A stretch of 64,000 nucleotides of DNA from Candidatus Nanopelagicales bacterium (GTDB lineage Bacteria; Actinomycetota; Actinomycetes; S36-B12; CAIYMF01), in the NCBI GenBank assembly GCA_049688395.1, contig JBAVKQ010000093.1, positions 2,775-66,774 of the forward strand, given 5' to 3'. The position numbers and the translations under genes are program-made. Shown piece by piece: positions 47,867-56,564 of the stretch. Each line of letters starts with the position of its first letter. Position 1 is the stretch's first letter. Under the pieces are notes generated by a model. The model was given only the letters and a program-made list of their open reading frames with translations, did not search any database and was not told where the DNA came from.

Positions 47867-48308
47867 GCTCATGAGTGCTGCGTTGGGCCGCCGGGTGGTG
47901 GCGGTCGACACCGCCGAGGACGTCGGTGAGGTCAAGGCCTTCGTTCTCGAAGGCTCGGGCCGGAGAATCACGCAGCTGCACGTCGCCGGCCGGAAACGCT
48001 CCGCCGAACTCGTCAACTGGTCGGACCTGGCCGGTTTCGGCCCCGATGCGGTGATGGTGGCATCGCAGGGTGCCGTCACCGACTCGGTCGAGGAGCGAGC
48101 CGATGAAATGGTGCGTGGCCACGTCTCGGCGATCGGGGCTCGGGTCCTGGACACAGACGGGTTCGAGCACGGACGGGTGACCGACATCGAGTTCGATTCC
48201 GCCGATGGCACCATCCTGGCCGCCGTCTGCGAGGACGCACGTTGGCCGGGCGACACCATCCGTGGGTTGGGAAGCTACGCACTCATCATCGACGCACCGT
48301 CGCGCTGA
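47859..48308 (+). CDS. PRC-barrel domain protein (two PRC-like repeats)
   Basis: ALGRRVVAVDTAEDVGEVKAFVLE... and IGARVLDTDGFEHGRVTDIEFD.... Overlaps the upstream gene by 8 nt. Confidence 0.65.
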   Translation: MNELMSAALGRRVVAVDTAEDVGEVKAFVLEGSGRRITQLHVAGRKRSAELVNWSDLAGFGPDAVMVASQGAVTDSVEERADEMVRGHVSAIGARVLDTDGFEHGRVTDIEFDSADGTILAAVCEDARWPGDTIRGLGSYALIIDAPSR

Positions 48309-48344
48309 TGCTCACTGACATCGGTCTGCGGGGATGGCGGCAAC

Positions 48345-48526
48345 GAACCTTGCCGCCGATGTGGTCGCAATCGGCCTCGGCACGCCAGCCGGAGCCGAAC
48401 CTTGCCGCCCACATGGTCGTTTCACGTCCCTGGAGCCGGCCCATCAACGACCAGATCTAGCGCAAGGTTGCCTCTCGAGGCCGAGCGACCAGCCCCGAAC
48501 GACCAAGTCGACGGCAAGGATTGCCA
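48345..48526. repeat. Degenerate box-repeat cluster related to copies A/B
   Basis: Two forward boxes (cgaaccttgccgccgatgtggtcgcaa, cgaaccttgccgcccacatggtcgttt) are followed by inverted boxes (gcgcaaggttgcc..., cgaacgaccaagtcgacggcaagg). These boxes share the GCCG..TGGTCG core with A/B boxes. Further caaccac-type fragments, which lack that core, run to ~48640. Confidence 0.6.
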
Positions 48527-48669
48527 GGAGACACAAGTGCAGGGTCCAGCGCCGGGCGGGCAACCACGAGATCAGGTTCGCGTGCGGGCCAGGTCCCGGT
48601 CTCGCCGACGCCCGGGCGCAACCACCCGACGCGGCGCCCTGGCACCGAGGCCCGCGACATTGCCCGAGC

Positions 48670-49035
48670 TCAGCGTCCGGGCTCGGGGTCGGCGCCCCGC
48701 GCACGTTCGCGACGGCTCCTCGGCTCGTCGATGACTGTGACCGGTGGCCGCGCGGTGCCGGAGCGGTAGGCGGCCCGACCCAACGCCATGCCCGAAAGTG
48801 GGACGGTCGCGATGTGGGCCACCAGCACCAGCGCGACGAGGACGGCGTTGCGCGGGCTGGGCGCCATCGCCAAGGTTCCCAACAGAACCAGGATCACACC
48901 GAGGGAGGCCGCCTTCGACACGGCGGTGGCCCGGGTCAGCGGGTCCGGCAGCCGAAGCAGGCCGACCCCAGCCAACGTGACCAGACTGGCGCCGACGAGG
49001 ATCGCGGCAGCCCCGAGCCCCGCCCAGCCGCTCAC
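48670..49035 (-). CDS. mrpG: Mrp/Mnh monovalent cation:H+ antiporter subunit G
   Basis: VGLLRLPD...R.....K..SLG pattern, in the last operon position. Confidence 0.85.
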   Translation of the reverse strand: MSGWAGLGAAAILVGASLVTLAGVGLLRLPDPLTRATAVSKAASLGVILVLLGTLAMAPSPRNAVLVALVLVAHIATVPLSGMALGRAAYRSGTARPPVTVIDEPRSRRERARGADPEPGR

Positions 49036-49295
49036 TGGTCCTCCTCGGATCGATCGACGAGGCGCGCGAGGCCGATCGTGGCCAGGAACCCGATCAGCAC
49101 CGTGACAAGGGCGACGTCCAGCAGGGTCGGGGCCTCCAGGACGACCGACAGGATCGCGATCGCCGCCACCGCGGCGACGAACACCAGCTCCGCGGCGACC
49201 GCGCGGTCGGCCCCGCTGGGTCCCCGAGCGGCGCGCGTGACCGCGGCCAGGACACCGAGGGCCACCAGTGCCAGGGACAGGATCGGGATCAGCAT
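49032..49295 (-). CDS. mrpF: Mrp antiporter subunit F
   Basis: 87 aa with three TM helices. GPS..DR motif (ARGPSGADRAVA). Overlapping start/stop codons on both sides. Confidence 0.8.
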   Translation of the reverse strand: MLIPILSLALVALGVLAAVTRAARGPSGADRAVAAELVFVAAVAAIAILSVVLEAPTLLDVALVTVLIGFLATIGLARLVDRSEEDQ

Positions 49296-49660
49296 CAGCG
49301 ATCCGCCGATCCGGCGCTGCGCAGGACGCCGAGCACCCGGTCCTCCACGGCCACGAGCCCGGCGCGCAGTTCCTCGGGTTCCCGGGCGTACATGCTGTGC
49401 ACCCACAGTTCGGCCAGGTCGGGATCGACCGTGACGGTCAGCGTCCCCGGTGTCAGGGTGATCAGGGCCGACAGGGTGGCCACCTCCATCGGGGTGCGGC
49501 AGCGCAGGGGCAGGATCACGATCCCCGGGACCAGCCTCGGGGACGGCACGATGATGTCGCGGCCCACCTGGATCGAGGAGACCACGATCGCCCGCACCGT
49601 CCATGCCAGCAGCCCGACCAGGGCGCCGGCTCTGCGCACGCTCTCGACCACCCAGGTCAT
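49295..49660 (-). CDS. mrpE: Mrp antiporter subunit E (short form)
   Basis: Assigned from its position between D and F. LITLTPGTL motif. Confidence 0.75.
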   Translation of the reverse strand: MTWVVESVRRAGALVGLLAWTVRAIVVSSIQVGRDIIVPSPRLVPGIVILPLRCRTPMEVATLSALITLTPGTLTVTVDPDLAELWVHSMYAREPEELRAGLVAVEDRVLGVLRSAGSADR

Positions 49661-51249
49661 CGTCCCAACACCGCCTCGACGTAGGCGCTGGGATCGCCCA
49701 GGGTGGCGCCGGCCTGCTCGGTCAGGGCCAGCAGCGGCTCCGGGTACAGGCCCACCGCCAGGCTCAGGCAGGCCAGGATCAGCCCGGGGGCGACCAGGCC
49801 GGCCGACCAGCGCCGCTCGTGCGGCTCGGGGTCCGGCTCGGTGTCCGAATCCAGGGCCACCGGGGCCACGGTAGCCACGGCGGCACCTTCGGTCGCCGGC
49901 TCCGATTCGAAGCCCGGGGCGGGTTCATCGGGGGAACCCAGCGGCGGGCCCGCCTGCACCGCCTGCCTCGGGGCCTCGCCCCAGAACACCCCGGTCCCGA
50001 GCTTGAGCATCGACATCAGGGTGCCCACGCTGACCAGCAGGGCCGCGGCGAACACCAGCGGGCTGTCCGCCGCCAGAGCCGCGGAGAGGACCCCGAACTT
50101 GGCCCAGAACCCGGAGAACGGCGGGATGCCGGTCAGCGACAGGGCGCCGAACAGGAACGCCAGCGCCACCCAGCGGTGCTCGGCGGCGACCGCACCGAGG
50201 CTGCCGATCCGCCCCGTCCCGCGGCGGACCTCGACGGCTCCCACGCTCAGGAACAGCGAGGTCTTCACCACCGTGTGGTGCACGAGGTAGAACACGACGG
50301 CCGCCAGGCCGACCGGCCCGGCCAGCGCCAGCCCGACCAGGATGTAGCCGACCTGGCTGACCATGTGGAACGCCAGCACCCCGCGCACCGTGCCCTCGCC
50401 CAGGGCGCCGAGCACACCGACCACCATGCTCACCACGGTCAGGACGATGATGGTGTTCTCGACCACCGGCCCCGGGTCGTAGACCACGGTGACGACCCGG
50501 ATCAGGGCGTACACCCCGATCTTGGTCAGCAGGCCTGAGAACAGGGCGGTGATCGCGGGGGTGGCCTGGGGGTAGGTGGCCGGCAGCCAGGTGTGGGTGG
50601 GCACCAGCCCGCCCTTCATGCTCAGCGCCACCAGCACGACCGCCACGGCGACCCCGATCGCCGGGGTGGCCCCCGCCCCCGCGAGCGCGGCGAGGTTGAC
50701 CGTGCCCGCGGTGCCGTAGACGGCCCCCAGGCCGATCAGGAACAGGGTCGAGGCGGTCAGGTTCACCGTCAGGTACAGCCGCGCGGCCCGGATCGCCCCC
50801 GGGGTGCCGCGCCAGGCCAGCAGCACGTAGGAGGGCAGCAGGGCCACCTCGATCATGACGAACAGGTTGAACAGGTCCGCGGTCAGGTAGGCGCCGTAGA
50901 CCCCCGAGGTCATCATCAGCACCAGCGGGGCGAACAGCCGGTCCTGGCCGTGGCCGGTACGCAGCGCGAAGCTCACGCTGGCCAGCACGAGCATGCCGGA
51001 GACCACCAGCATCAGGGCGCTGAGCAGGTCGGCGACGAACGGGATCGCGATCCCGGCCGGCCACCCGGCCACCTGGGCGGCGATCACCGTGCCGTCGCTG
51101 GTGGCGGCCACCAGGGCACCTCCCCCGAGGATGACCAGCGCGGGGGTCAGCAGCACCAGGGCGCGGCCCACCGCCGGGGGTCGCACCACCAACGAGAGGA
51201 CCGCGGCCAGCAGCGGCCCGGCGACGAAGAGTGGGAGCCACGCGCTCAC
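49657..51249 (-). CDS. mrpD: Mrp antiporter subunit D (NuoN/ND2-like)
   Basis: Proton-conducting membrane transporter family (THTWLPATYP..., GIPPFSGFWAKF), with an acidic Pro-rich insertion near the C-terminus. Confidence 0.9.
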   Translation of the reverse strand: MSAWLPLFVAGPLLAAVLSLVVRPPAVGRALVLLTPALVILGGGALVAATSDGTVIAAQVAGWPAGIAIPFVADLLSALMLVVSGMLVLASVSFALRTGHGQDRLFAPLVLMMTSGVYGAYLTADLFNLFVMIEVALLPSYVLLAWRGTPGAIRAARLYLTVNLTASTLFLIGLGAVYGTAGTVNLAALAGAGATPAIGVAVAVVLVALSMKGGLVPTHTWLPATYPQATPAITALFSGLLTKIGVYALIRVVTVVYDPGPVVENTIIVLTVVSMVVGVLGALGEGTVRGVLAFHMVSQVGYILVGLALAGPVGLAAVVFYLVHHTVVKTSLFLSVGAVEVRRGTGRIGSLGAVAAEHRWVALAFLFGALSLTGIPPFSGFWAKFGVLSAALAADSPLVFAAALLVSVGTLMSMLKLGTGVFWGEAPRQAVQAGPPLGSPDEPAPGFESEPATEGAAVATVAPVALDSDTEPDPEPHERRWSAGLVAPGLILACLSLAVGLYPEPLLALTEQAGATLGDPSAYVEAVLGR

Positions 51250-51662
51250 GGGCCGACCTCCGGCTCGGGCCTCGGCTGCTCGTCCCTCGGTAGTTCTGGC
51301 CTCGGCAGGACAGTGGCCCCGGCACCGCCACCGGCACTGGCACCGGCATCGGCTTCGGCACCGGCAGGTTCGGGCTCCGCGCCCCGGGACACCAGGGACA
51401 GCAGGTAGATCGTCACGCCGAACGTGATCACGATGGCTGTGAGCACGAACGCCTGCGGCAGGGGATCCGCGGCGGTGCCGGGGTCGAGTCCGGGGCCGGT
51501 GATGGGTGCCGAACGCCGGTCGGTGACCCCGGCGGAGATGATCACGAGGTTCGCGGCGTGTCCGAGCAGGATGAAGCCCAGGATGAGCCGGATCGCGCCG
51601 CCACGCAGGACCAGCCAGGCCCCCACGGCGGCCAGCAGCCCCGCAGCGATCGCCAGGGTCAT
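51246..51662 (-). CDS. mrpC: Mrp antiporter subunit C (NuoK-like) with low-complexity C-terminal tail
   Basis: NuoK-like core (ILGFILLGHAANL..., PLPQAFVLTAIVI) plus an Ala/Glu/Pro-rich tail. Confidence 0.85.
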   Translation of the reverse strand: MTLAIAAGLLAAVGAWLVLRGGAIRLILGFILLGHAANLVIISAGVTDRRSAPITGPGLDPGTAADPLPQAFVLTAIVITFGVTIYLLSLVSRGAEPEPAGAEADAGASAGGGAGATVLPRPELPRDEQPRPEPEVGP

Positions 51663-54439
51663 GGCGTCACCTCGCTGCGCGCAGTGCTGCCGGCCTCGCT
51701 GCGTGCCCCGCCGAGGGCGTCGCTGCGGGCTTCGCGGTGCAGCCCGAGGTTGTCCAGGGCCGACTGGACCAGTCCGAGGACCACGAGGACCACGCCGAGG
51801 TCGAAGACCAGCGCGGAGGTCAGGTACCCCTCGGCCCCCGGCAGCGCGATTTTCATGGGCTGGCCGAACGCACCCGCCACGACCAGGCCCATCAGCCCGG
51901 TCCCCACGGCCAGCAGCAGTCCCGCCCCGACGATCAGGGGCACACCGGGCAGTCGGACTCGGATCCCGCAGGCGCGGGCCACTGCCAGGGCGGCTCCGGC
52001 CACCAGCCCGGCGATGAACCCGCCACCCGGCTCGTCGTGACCGCGCCAGAACAGCACCACCCCGGTGAGCATCAGCAGGGGCAGGACCACGATCGCCCCG
52101 ACCCGCAGGACCGCCTCCTCGCCGGGGCCGAGGGCGCCACTGCGGACCGCCCGGGTCGCCCCGGCGCCCCGCACCGCAACGACCAGACCGAGGGCTGCCG
52201 CGGCCAGGACGACGATCTCACCGAGGGTGTCCAGCCCGCGGAAGTCGACCAGGATCGTGTTGACGACGTTGCTGCCGCCCGTGGCCCGCTCGGCCTCGGC
52301 CAGGAAGTACTCGGAGACCGCCGATCGTTCCCGGCGCCCGGTGAACACCACCACGAGCAGGGCCGTGAGCACCCCGACGGCCCCGGCACCCAACGCGTGG
52401 GCCGGGCCGACGCGCCGAGCGGCCCGATCAGGCAGGCCCGCCAGGACCGGGGCGGCCACGACCACGGTCAGGATCTCCACGAGCAGCAGGGTGAGTGCCA
52501 CGTCGGGGGCGCCCAGCAGCATCAACCAGGCCGACAGGGTCACTCCGATCACCCCGGCCAGGACCAGGGCGGCCAGCCCGTCGCGCACCCGGGCCATCGC
52601 CAGCACGGCCGGGACGAGCACGGCCAGCACCAGCCAGTCACCGGGCTGAGCAATGCCGGGCACCACCGGGCCGAGGTCCGAGATCACCAGCCAGCCGACC
52701 CCCGTCAGGCCGAGCAGGAGCACGAGGACGCCGGCCAGATGCGTGCCCGCGGTGTCCACGCGGCTGGTGCGCGCGACCCGGGCACCGAACCGCAGTGCCG
52801 CGTCCCACCCGCGGTCGAAGACACCGGGGCCGCGCAGGTCCGGGGCCTCCCAGTGCGCCATCTCGGCCAGTCGGTTGCGCCGCAGGTGCCCCACGATACC
52901 CAGACCGATCGCGGTGGCCGATAGCCCGAGGGCCAGCGAGAAGCCGTGCCACAGGGCCAGGTCCGCCTCGGTCCCGGCGAACCCGGTGTCGACCACCGCC
53001 CGGGTCACCAGGTCGTTGAGCAGGAACGGCGCCAGACCGAGGACCAGTCCGAGGATGGCCGGGACAGCTGCCGGTGCCAGGAAGAGCGCGGACGGCTCGT
53101 ACAGGTTGCTCTGGCGCAGGGGGCCGGCGAACGTCCCGGCGATGATCCGCGCGCTGTAGGCGAAGGTCAGCGCCGCGCCGATCACCGCCACGCCCACGGC
53201 CAGGTTCCCCGACCATGCCGCGCCCTGCGCCCAGCGCGCCTCCCCGGTGCCAAGGAAGGCGTAGAACGCCTCCTCCTTGGCCACGAAGCCGACCATCGGC
53301 GGCAGCCCGGCCATCGACATCGCAGCCAGGGCGGTCAGCCCGGCGGTCACCGGCATGACCCGCCACAGGCCGGACAGCTGGCGGATGTCGCGGCTGCCGG
53401 CCTCCTTGTCGATGATGCCCACCAGCATGAACAGCGTCGCCTTGAACAGGGCGTGTGCCGCGGCGAGCACCGTGGCCGCGGCCAGGGAGGCCGCCGTCCC
53501 CACCCCGACGAGGGCGACCATGAGACCCAGCTGGCTGACGGTGGAGTAGGCCAGCAGCGCCTTGAGGTCGTTCTGCTTGAGAGCCTGGTAGGCGCCGAAC
53601 ACGGCCGTGGACAGGCCCACGCCCATCAGGGTCAGGTGCCAGGCGGGGGCGTCGGCGAACAGTGGGGAGAACAGCAGCAGAAGGTAGATGCCGGCCTTGA
53701 CCAGCGATGCGGCGTGCAGGTAGGCGCTGACCGGAGTGATCGCCACCATTGCCCCGGGCAGCCAGAAGTGGAACGGCAGCTGGGCGGACTTCGTGAACGC
53801 GGCCAGCACCACGAGCCCCCCGACCACGCCGAGCTCGGAGCCGGTCAGCGCCTCCGGCGCCACGGCCAGGACGGTGGCGATGTCGCTGCTCCCAGTACGC
53901 ACGACCAGCAGCACCACCGCCCCCAGCAGGGCCAGTCCACCGCCCGCCGTCACGAACAGCGCTCGGGTCGCCGGCCGGGAGCCGGTAGTGCCCTGGCCCG
54001 CGATGAGCAGGAAGCTGCTCAGGGTCGTGAGCTCCCAGAAGACCACGAGCACGACGAGGTCACCGGCCAGGACCAGGCCCAGCATCGCCGTCGCGAAGAC
54101 CGCCAGGATCCCGTACAGGCGCCCGTGGTCCTGGCCGGGCGAGAGGTACTGCGGGGCGTAGCTCAGCACCAGGGCCCCCACCCCGAGCACGAGCATGGCG
54201 AACAGCAGGGCGAGTCCGTTGAGGCGCAGCGTGAGGTCCACTGCGAACGACGGAACCCAGCTCCACGACTGGGTGACCGTTTGGCCGGCAAGCACCTCGG
54301 GGGCATCGACGAGCAGCAGCCCCGCCGCCGCCAGGAATGCGCCGGCCAGCGGGTACCCGGTCGCCCGGCCCAACAATCTGCTCAGCAGCGGCACCAGGGC
54401 AGCAGCACCCGCCATGAGCACGAGCGCCGCGATCAACAC
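51659..54439 (-). CDS. mrpA: Mrp antiporter fused subunit A/B (NuoL-like)
   Basis: 926 aa, GTG start. NuoL-like N-terminal two thirds (FTKSAQLPFHFWLPGAM) and an MnhB-like C-terminal region (GGSNVVNTILVDFRGLDTLGE). Confidence 0.92.
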   Translation of the reverse strand: MLIAALVLMAGAAALVPLLSRLLGRATGYPLAGAFLAAAGLLLVDAPEVLAGQTVTQSWSWVPSFAVDLTLRLNGLALLFAMLVLGVGALVLSYAPQYLSPGQDHGRLYGILAVFATAMLGLVLAGDLVVLVVFWELTTLSSFLLIAGQGTTGSRPATRALFVTAGGGLALLGAVVLLVVRTGSSDIATVLAVAPEALTGSELGVVGGLVVLAAFTKSAQLPFHFWLPGAMVAITPVSAYLHAASLVKAGIYLLLLFSPLFADAPAWHLTLMGVGLSTAVFGAYQALKQNDLKALLAYSTVSQLGLMVALVGVGTAASLAAATVLAAAHALFKATLFMLVGIIDKEAGSRDIRQLSGLWRVMPVTAGLTALAAMSMAGLPPMVGFVAKEEAFYAFLGTGEARWAQGAAWSGNLAVGVAVIGAALTFAYSARIIAGTFAGPLRQSNLYEPSALFLAPAAVPAILGLVLGLAPFLLNDLVTRAVVDTGFAGTEADLALWHGFSLALGLSATAIGLGIVGHLRRNRLAEMAHWEAPDLRGPGVFDRGWDAALRFGARVARTSRVDTAGTHLAGVLVLLLGLTGVGWLVISDLGPVVPGIAQPGDWLVLAVLVPAVLAMARVRDGLAALVLAGVIGVTLSAWLMLLGAPDVALTLLLVEILTVVVAAPVLAGLPDRAARRVGPAHALGAGAVGVLTALLVVVFTGRRERSAVSEYFLAEAERATGGSNVVNTILVDFRGLDTLGEIVVLAAAALGLVVAVRGAGATRAVRSGALGPGEEAVLRVGAIVVLPLLMLTGVVLFWRGHDEPGGGFIAGLVAGAALAVARACGIRVRLPGVPLIVGAGLLLAVGTGLMGLVVAGAFGQPMKIALPGAEGYLTSALVFDLGVVLVVLGLVQSALDNLGLHREARSDALGGARSEAGSTARSEVTP

Positions 54440-54521
54440 GCGCCCACTCTAACGAGTCGAGGCCGAGTCGATGATCGGGCGAAGCCGACAGCAATCGACG
54501 ATCCGCCGCCCACGGCGTGGA

Positions 54522-55307
54522 TCATCCCGGGCGCACCGCGACCATCCGGTGCAGCGACACCGGCACCACCCGCCCGGGCCCGGCGAGGCGGGCCAGGCGC
54601 GCCGCGGCGAGCTCGCGGCGAGCGTGTGACACATGGGGCAGGTAGAGCGCCTCGACAGCCAGGCGCGCGTCGGCGGAGGTGGCCAGCGGGTGGGCGAACC
54701 GCGCCGCACCCGTGCTGAGGACACGCATCCCAGCGCCGGTGATCACCTGGCCGAGTCCCCGCCCGGTGACGCGTTGGGGCAGCTCGGGCAGGTGCCGCAG
54801 GGCCAGCAGGAGCGGGGCGACGACGCGCAGGTCGCCTGCGAGCAGGGGGCCGCTGACGGGGCGGATCGCGGCGAACGTGCCCCCGGGTCGAAGGACCCGG
54901 GCGACCTCGGCCATCGCCGCGCCGATCGGTCGCAGCAGCATGATGGCCATCGAGCAGACCACGACGTCCAGCGACCCGGACGGCACGGGTAGGGCCAGGG
55001 CGTCAGCAGTGAGCACGTGGCCCCGACCCCGTTGCGCGGCCACCCCGAGCTCAGCGGGGGAGAGGTCGATGCCGAGGTAGTCCGAATCGGCGAACAGCGG
55101 CTGCATCGGGGCGCTGCCGCACGCGATGTCCAGCACCCGGGCCGGACGGATCGGGACCGCGTCGCGCAGCCACCGGTAGGGGTCCCCGAACTCGGGGTGC
55201 CGTGACCCGGACAGGAGTTCCTCGGTGATCCCCGGATGTTCGGCGTGGAACCGAGCCAGGTAGCTGGTCCACGGGTCTGCGGCTCGCTGGTCTGCGGGCC
55301 TGATCAC
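54522..55307 (-). CDS. Class I SAM-dependent methyltransferase
   Basis: Motif I VLDIACGSA. Post-I region LGIDLS. VARVLRPGG also present. Confidence 0.8.
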   Translation of the reverse strand: MIRPADQRAADPWTSYLARFHAEHPGITEELLSGSRHPEFGDPYRWLRDAVPIRPARVLDIACGSAPMQPLFADSDYLGIDLSPAELGVAAQRGRGHVLTADALALPVPSGSLDVVVCSMAIMLLRPIGAAMAEVARVLRPGGTFAAIRPVSGPLLAGDLRVVAPLLLALRHLPELPQRVTGRGLGQVITGAGMRVLSTGAARFAHPLATSADARLAVEALYLPHVSHARRELAAARLARLAGPGRVVPVSLHRMVAVRPG

Positions 55308-55355
55308 GTGGGCCCAGGTGCGGGGGCCCGAGCGCCTGGCGCCATCGGGCGGGGA

Positions 55356-56171
55356 CTATCCGGCCAGGGTGCCGGCGAAGACCTGCCAGGCCAGCAGGGA
55401 CTTGGCCACCAGGCTCAGGGTGATGTAGGCCCGTTCCCCGACCAGGTAGTCCGCCCAGCGCCCCACCTGCTTGTACTGCAGGTACTGGGTGACGGCGAAC
55501 ACGTTGAAGAACAGGAACAGCGACACGATGATGCCGTACACGAACGCCGGCGGCTCGGCCGAGGACGTCGACCCCGGGGCCACCACGAAGAACGCGATGA
55601 TCAACCACGGCACGATGCCGGTCATGGACCCGAAGATGAACGGCAGGAACCCGCCGCCGGGCTGCTCGTAGACCTCCTGCAGCCACCCGAAGAGGATCAT
55701 CGCCGCGTTCACCGCGAAGATCGCCGCGAGGGCCGCGACGTCGGTCAGGCCGGTGATCTGGGCGATCAGCACGATCATCATCGACGAGGTCAACGCGTAC
55801 TCGACCCACCGGGCCCGATTGCGCTGCTCGGCCAGGTCCGCGGCATATCCCCGGGACCACACCGTGGCCACGATCAGCAGCGCCAGGCCCGACAGGGCCA
55901 GGAAGCTGGCGACAGCCAGCCCGATCGGGGTGTTCAGCAGCGTCACCGGATCACCGGGCGCGGTCCCTGGCGGGCCCTCGAGGTAGGCCGCGGTGACCGG
56001 CAGGGTGAAGCCGTTGGACAGCGCGACCACGGCCACCGCCTGCGCGAGCAGGATCAGTCCCACGATGATGTTGTACCGGCGCAGTCCGGCGAGGCGACCC
56101 GGCTCGATCGGCACGGTCGCGGTGGGGGAGTCCGGCATTGGGCTGCCGGCAGGTGAGGGGTTCATGTCCAT
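55356..56171 (-). CDS. Heliorhodopsin
   Basis: Seven TM helices with family-diagnostic blocks: RWVEYALTSSMMIVLIAQI, ILFGWLQE, GIVPW, APGS, FVYGIIVSLFLFFNVFAVTQYLQYK, GERAYITLSLVAKSLLAWQVF. The Lys codon is at 55401..55403 and the Glu codon at 55800..55802. The start is ATG 56171 or 56165. Confidence 0.88.
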   Translation of the reverse strand: MDMNPSPAGSPMPDSPTATVPIEPGRLAGLRRYNIIVGLILLAQAVAVVALSNGFTLPVTAAYLEGPPGTAPGDPVTLLNTPIGLAVASFLALSGLALLIVATVWSRGYAADLAEQRNRARWVEYALTSSMMIVLIAQITGLTDVAALAAIFAVNAAMILFGWLQEVYEQPGGGFLPFIFGSMTGIVPWLIIAFFVVAPGSTSSAEPPAFVYGIIVSLFLFFNVFAVTQYLQYKQVGRWADYLVGERAYITLSLVAKSLLAWQVFAGTLAG

Positions 56172-56252
56172 TACGCTAGCCCAACGCTGGCCCCGGCACC
56201 CCCGCACCGCGGACCCGGCGGTGCGGGGGTGCGCAGATCTGCGCCGTGCCGG

Positions 56253-56468
56253 TCAGCCCTGCTGGGGCAGCGGGCGAGTGGAGATCCCGAGCACGGAGTA
56301 CAGGGGGCAGTAGCCCGAGACGGCGGTCCAGCCCGCCATCCCGGCCACCCCGAACAGGCCGACGCCCAGCGGGTTGAACACCCCGCCGAGCGCAAGACCC
56401 GTGCCCAGCGCGGTCACAGCGATCCCGCCGCGGATGACGCGGTCGAGGTTTCCTTCGTTCTTGGTCAT
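56253..56468 (-). CDS. DUF2892 (YgaP-like) small membrane protein
   Basis: ATG 56468 follows aaggag. NLDRVIRGGIA... has two TM helices and ends ...SGYCPLYSVLGIST, typical of DUF2892. Confidence 0.7.
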   Translation of the reverse strand: MTKNEGNLDRVIRGGIAVTALGTGLALGGVFNPLGVGLFGVAGMAGWTAVSGYCPLYSVLGISTRPLPQQG

Positions 56469-56519
56469 GGCAGCTCCTTGGTTTTCGTGCCCGGCAATGG
56501 TGTATCCGCTCACCACAAC

Positions 56520-56543
56520 TGGAATACCCCCCTGGGTATTCCA
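56520..56543. promoter_or_regulatory. Perfect 10-bp inverted repeat with 4-nt spacer (operator-like, or terminator hairpin)
   Basis: tggaataccc-ccct-gggtattcca. It lies 52 nt upstream of the DUF2892 start and 22 nt downstream of the epimerase stop. Confidence 0.5.
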
Positions 56544-56564
56544 TCAGTGCGGCGAGATGGCGCG

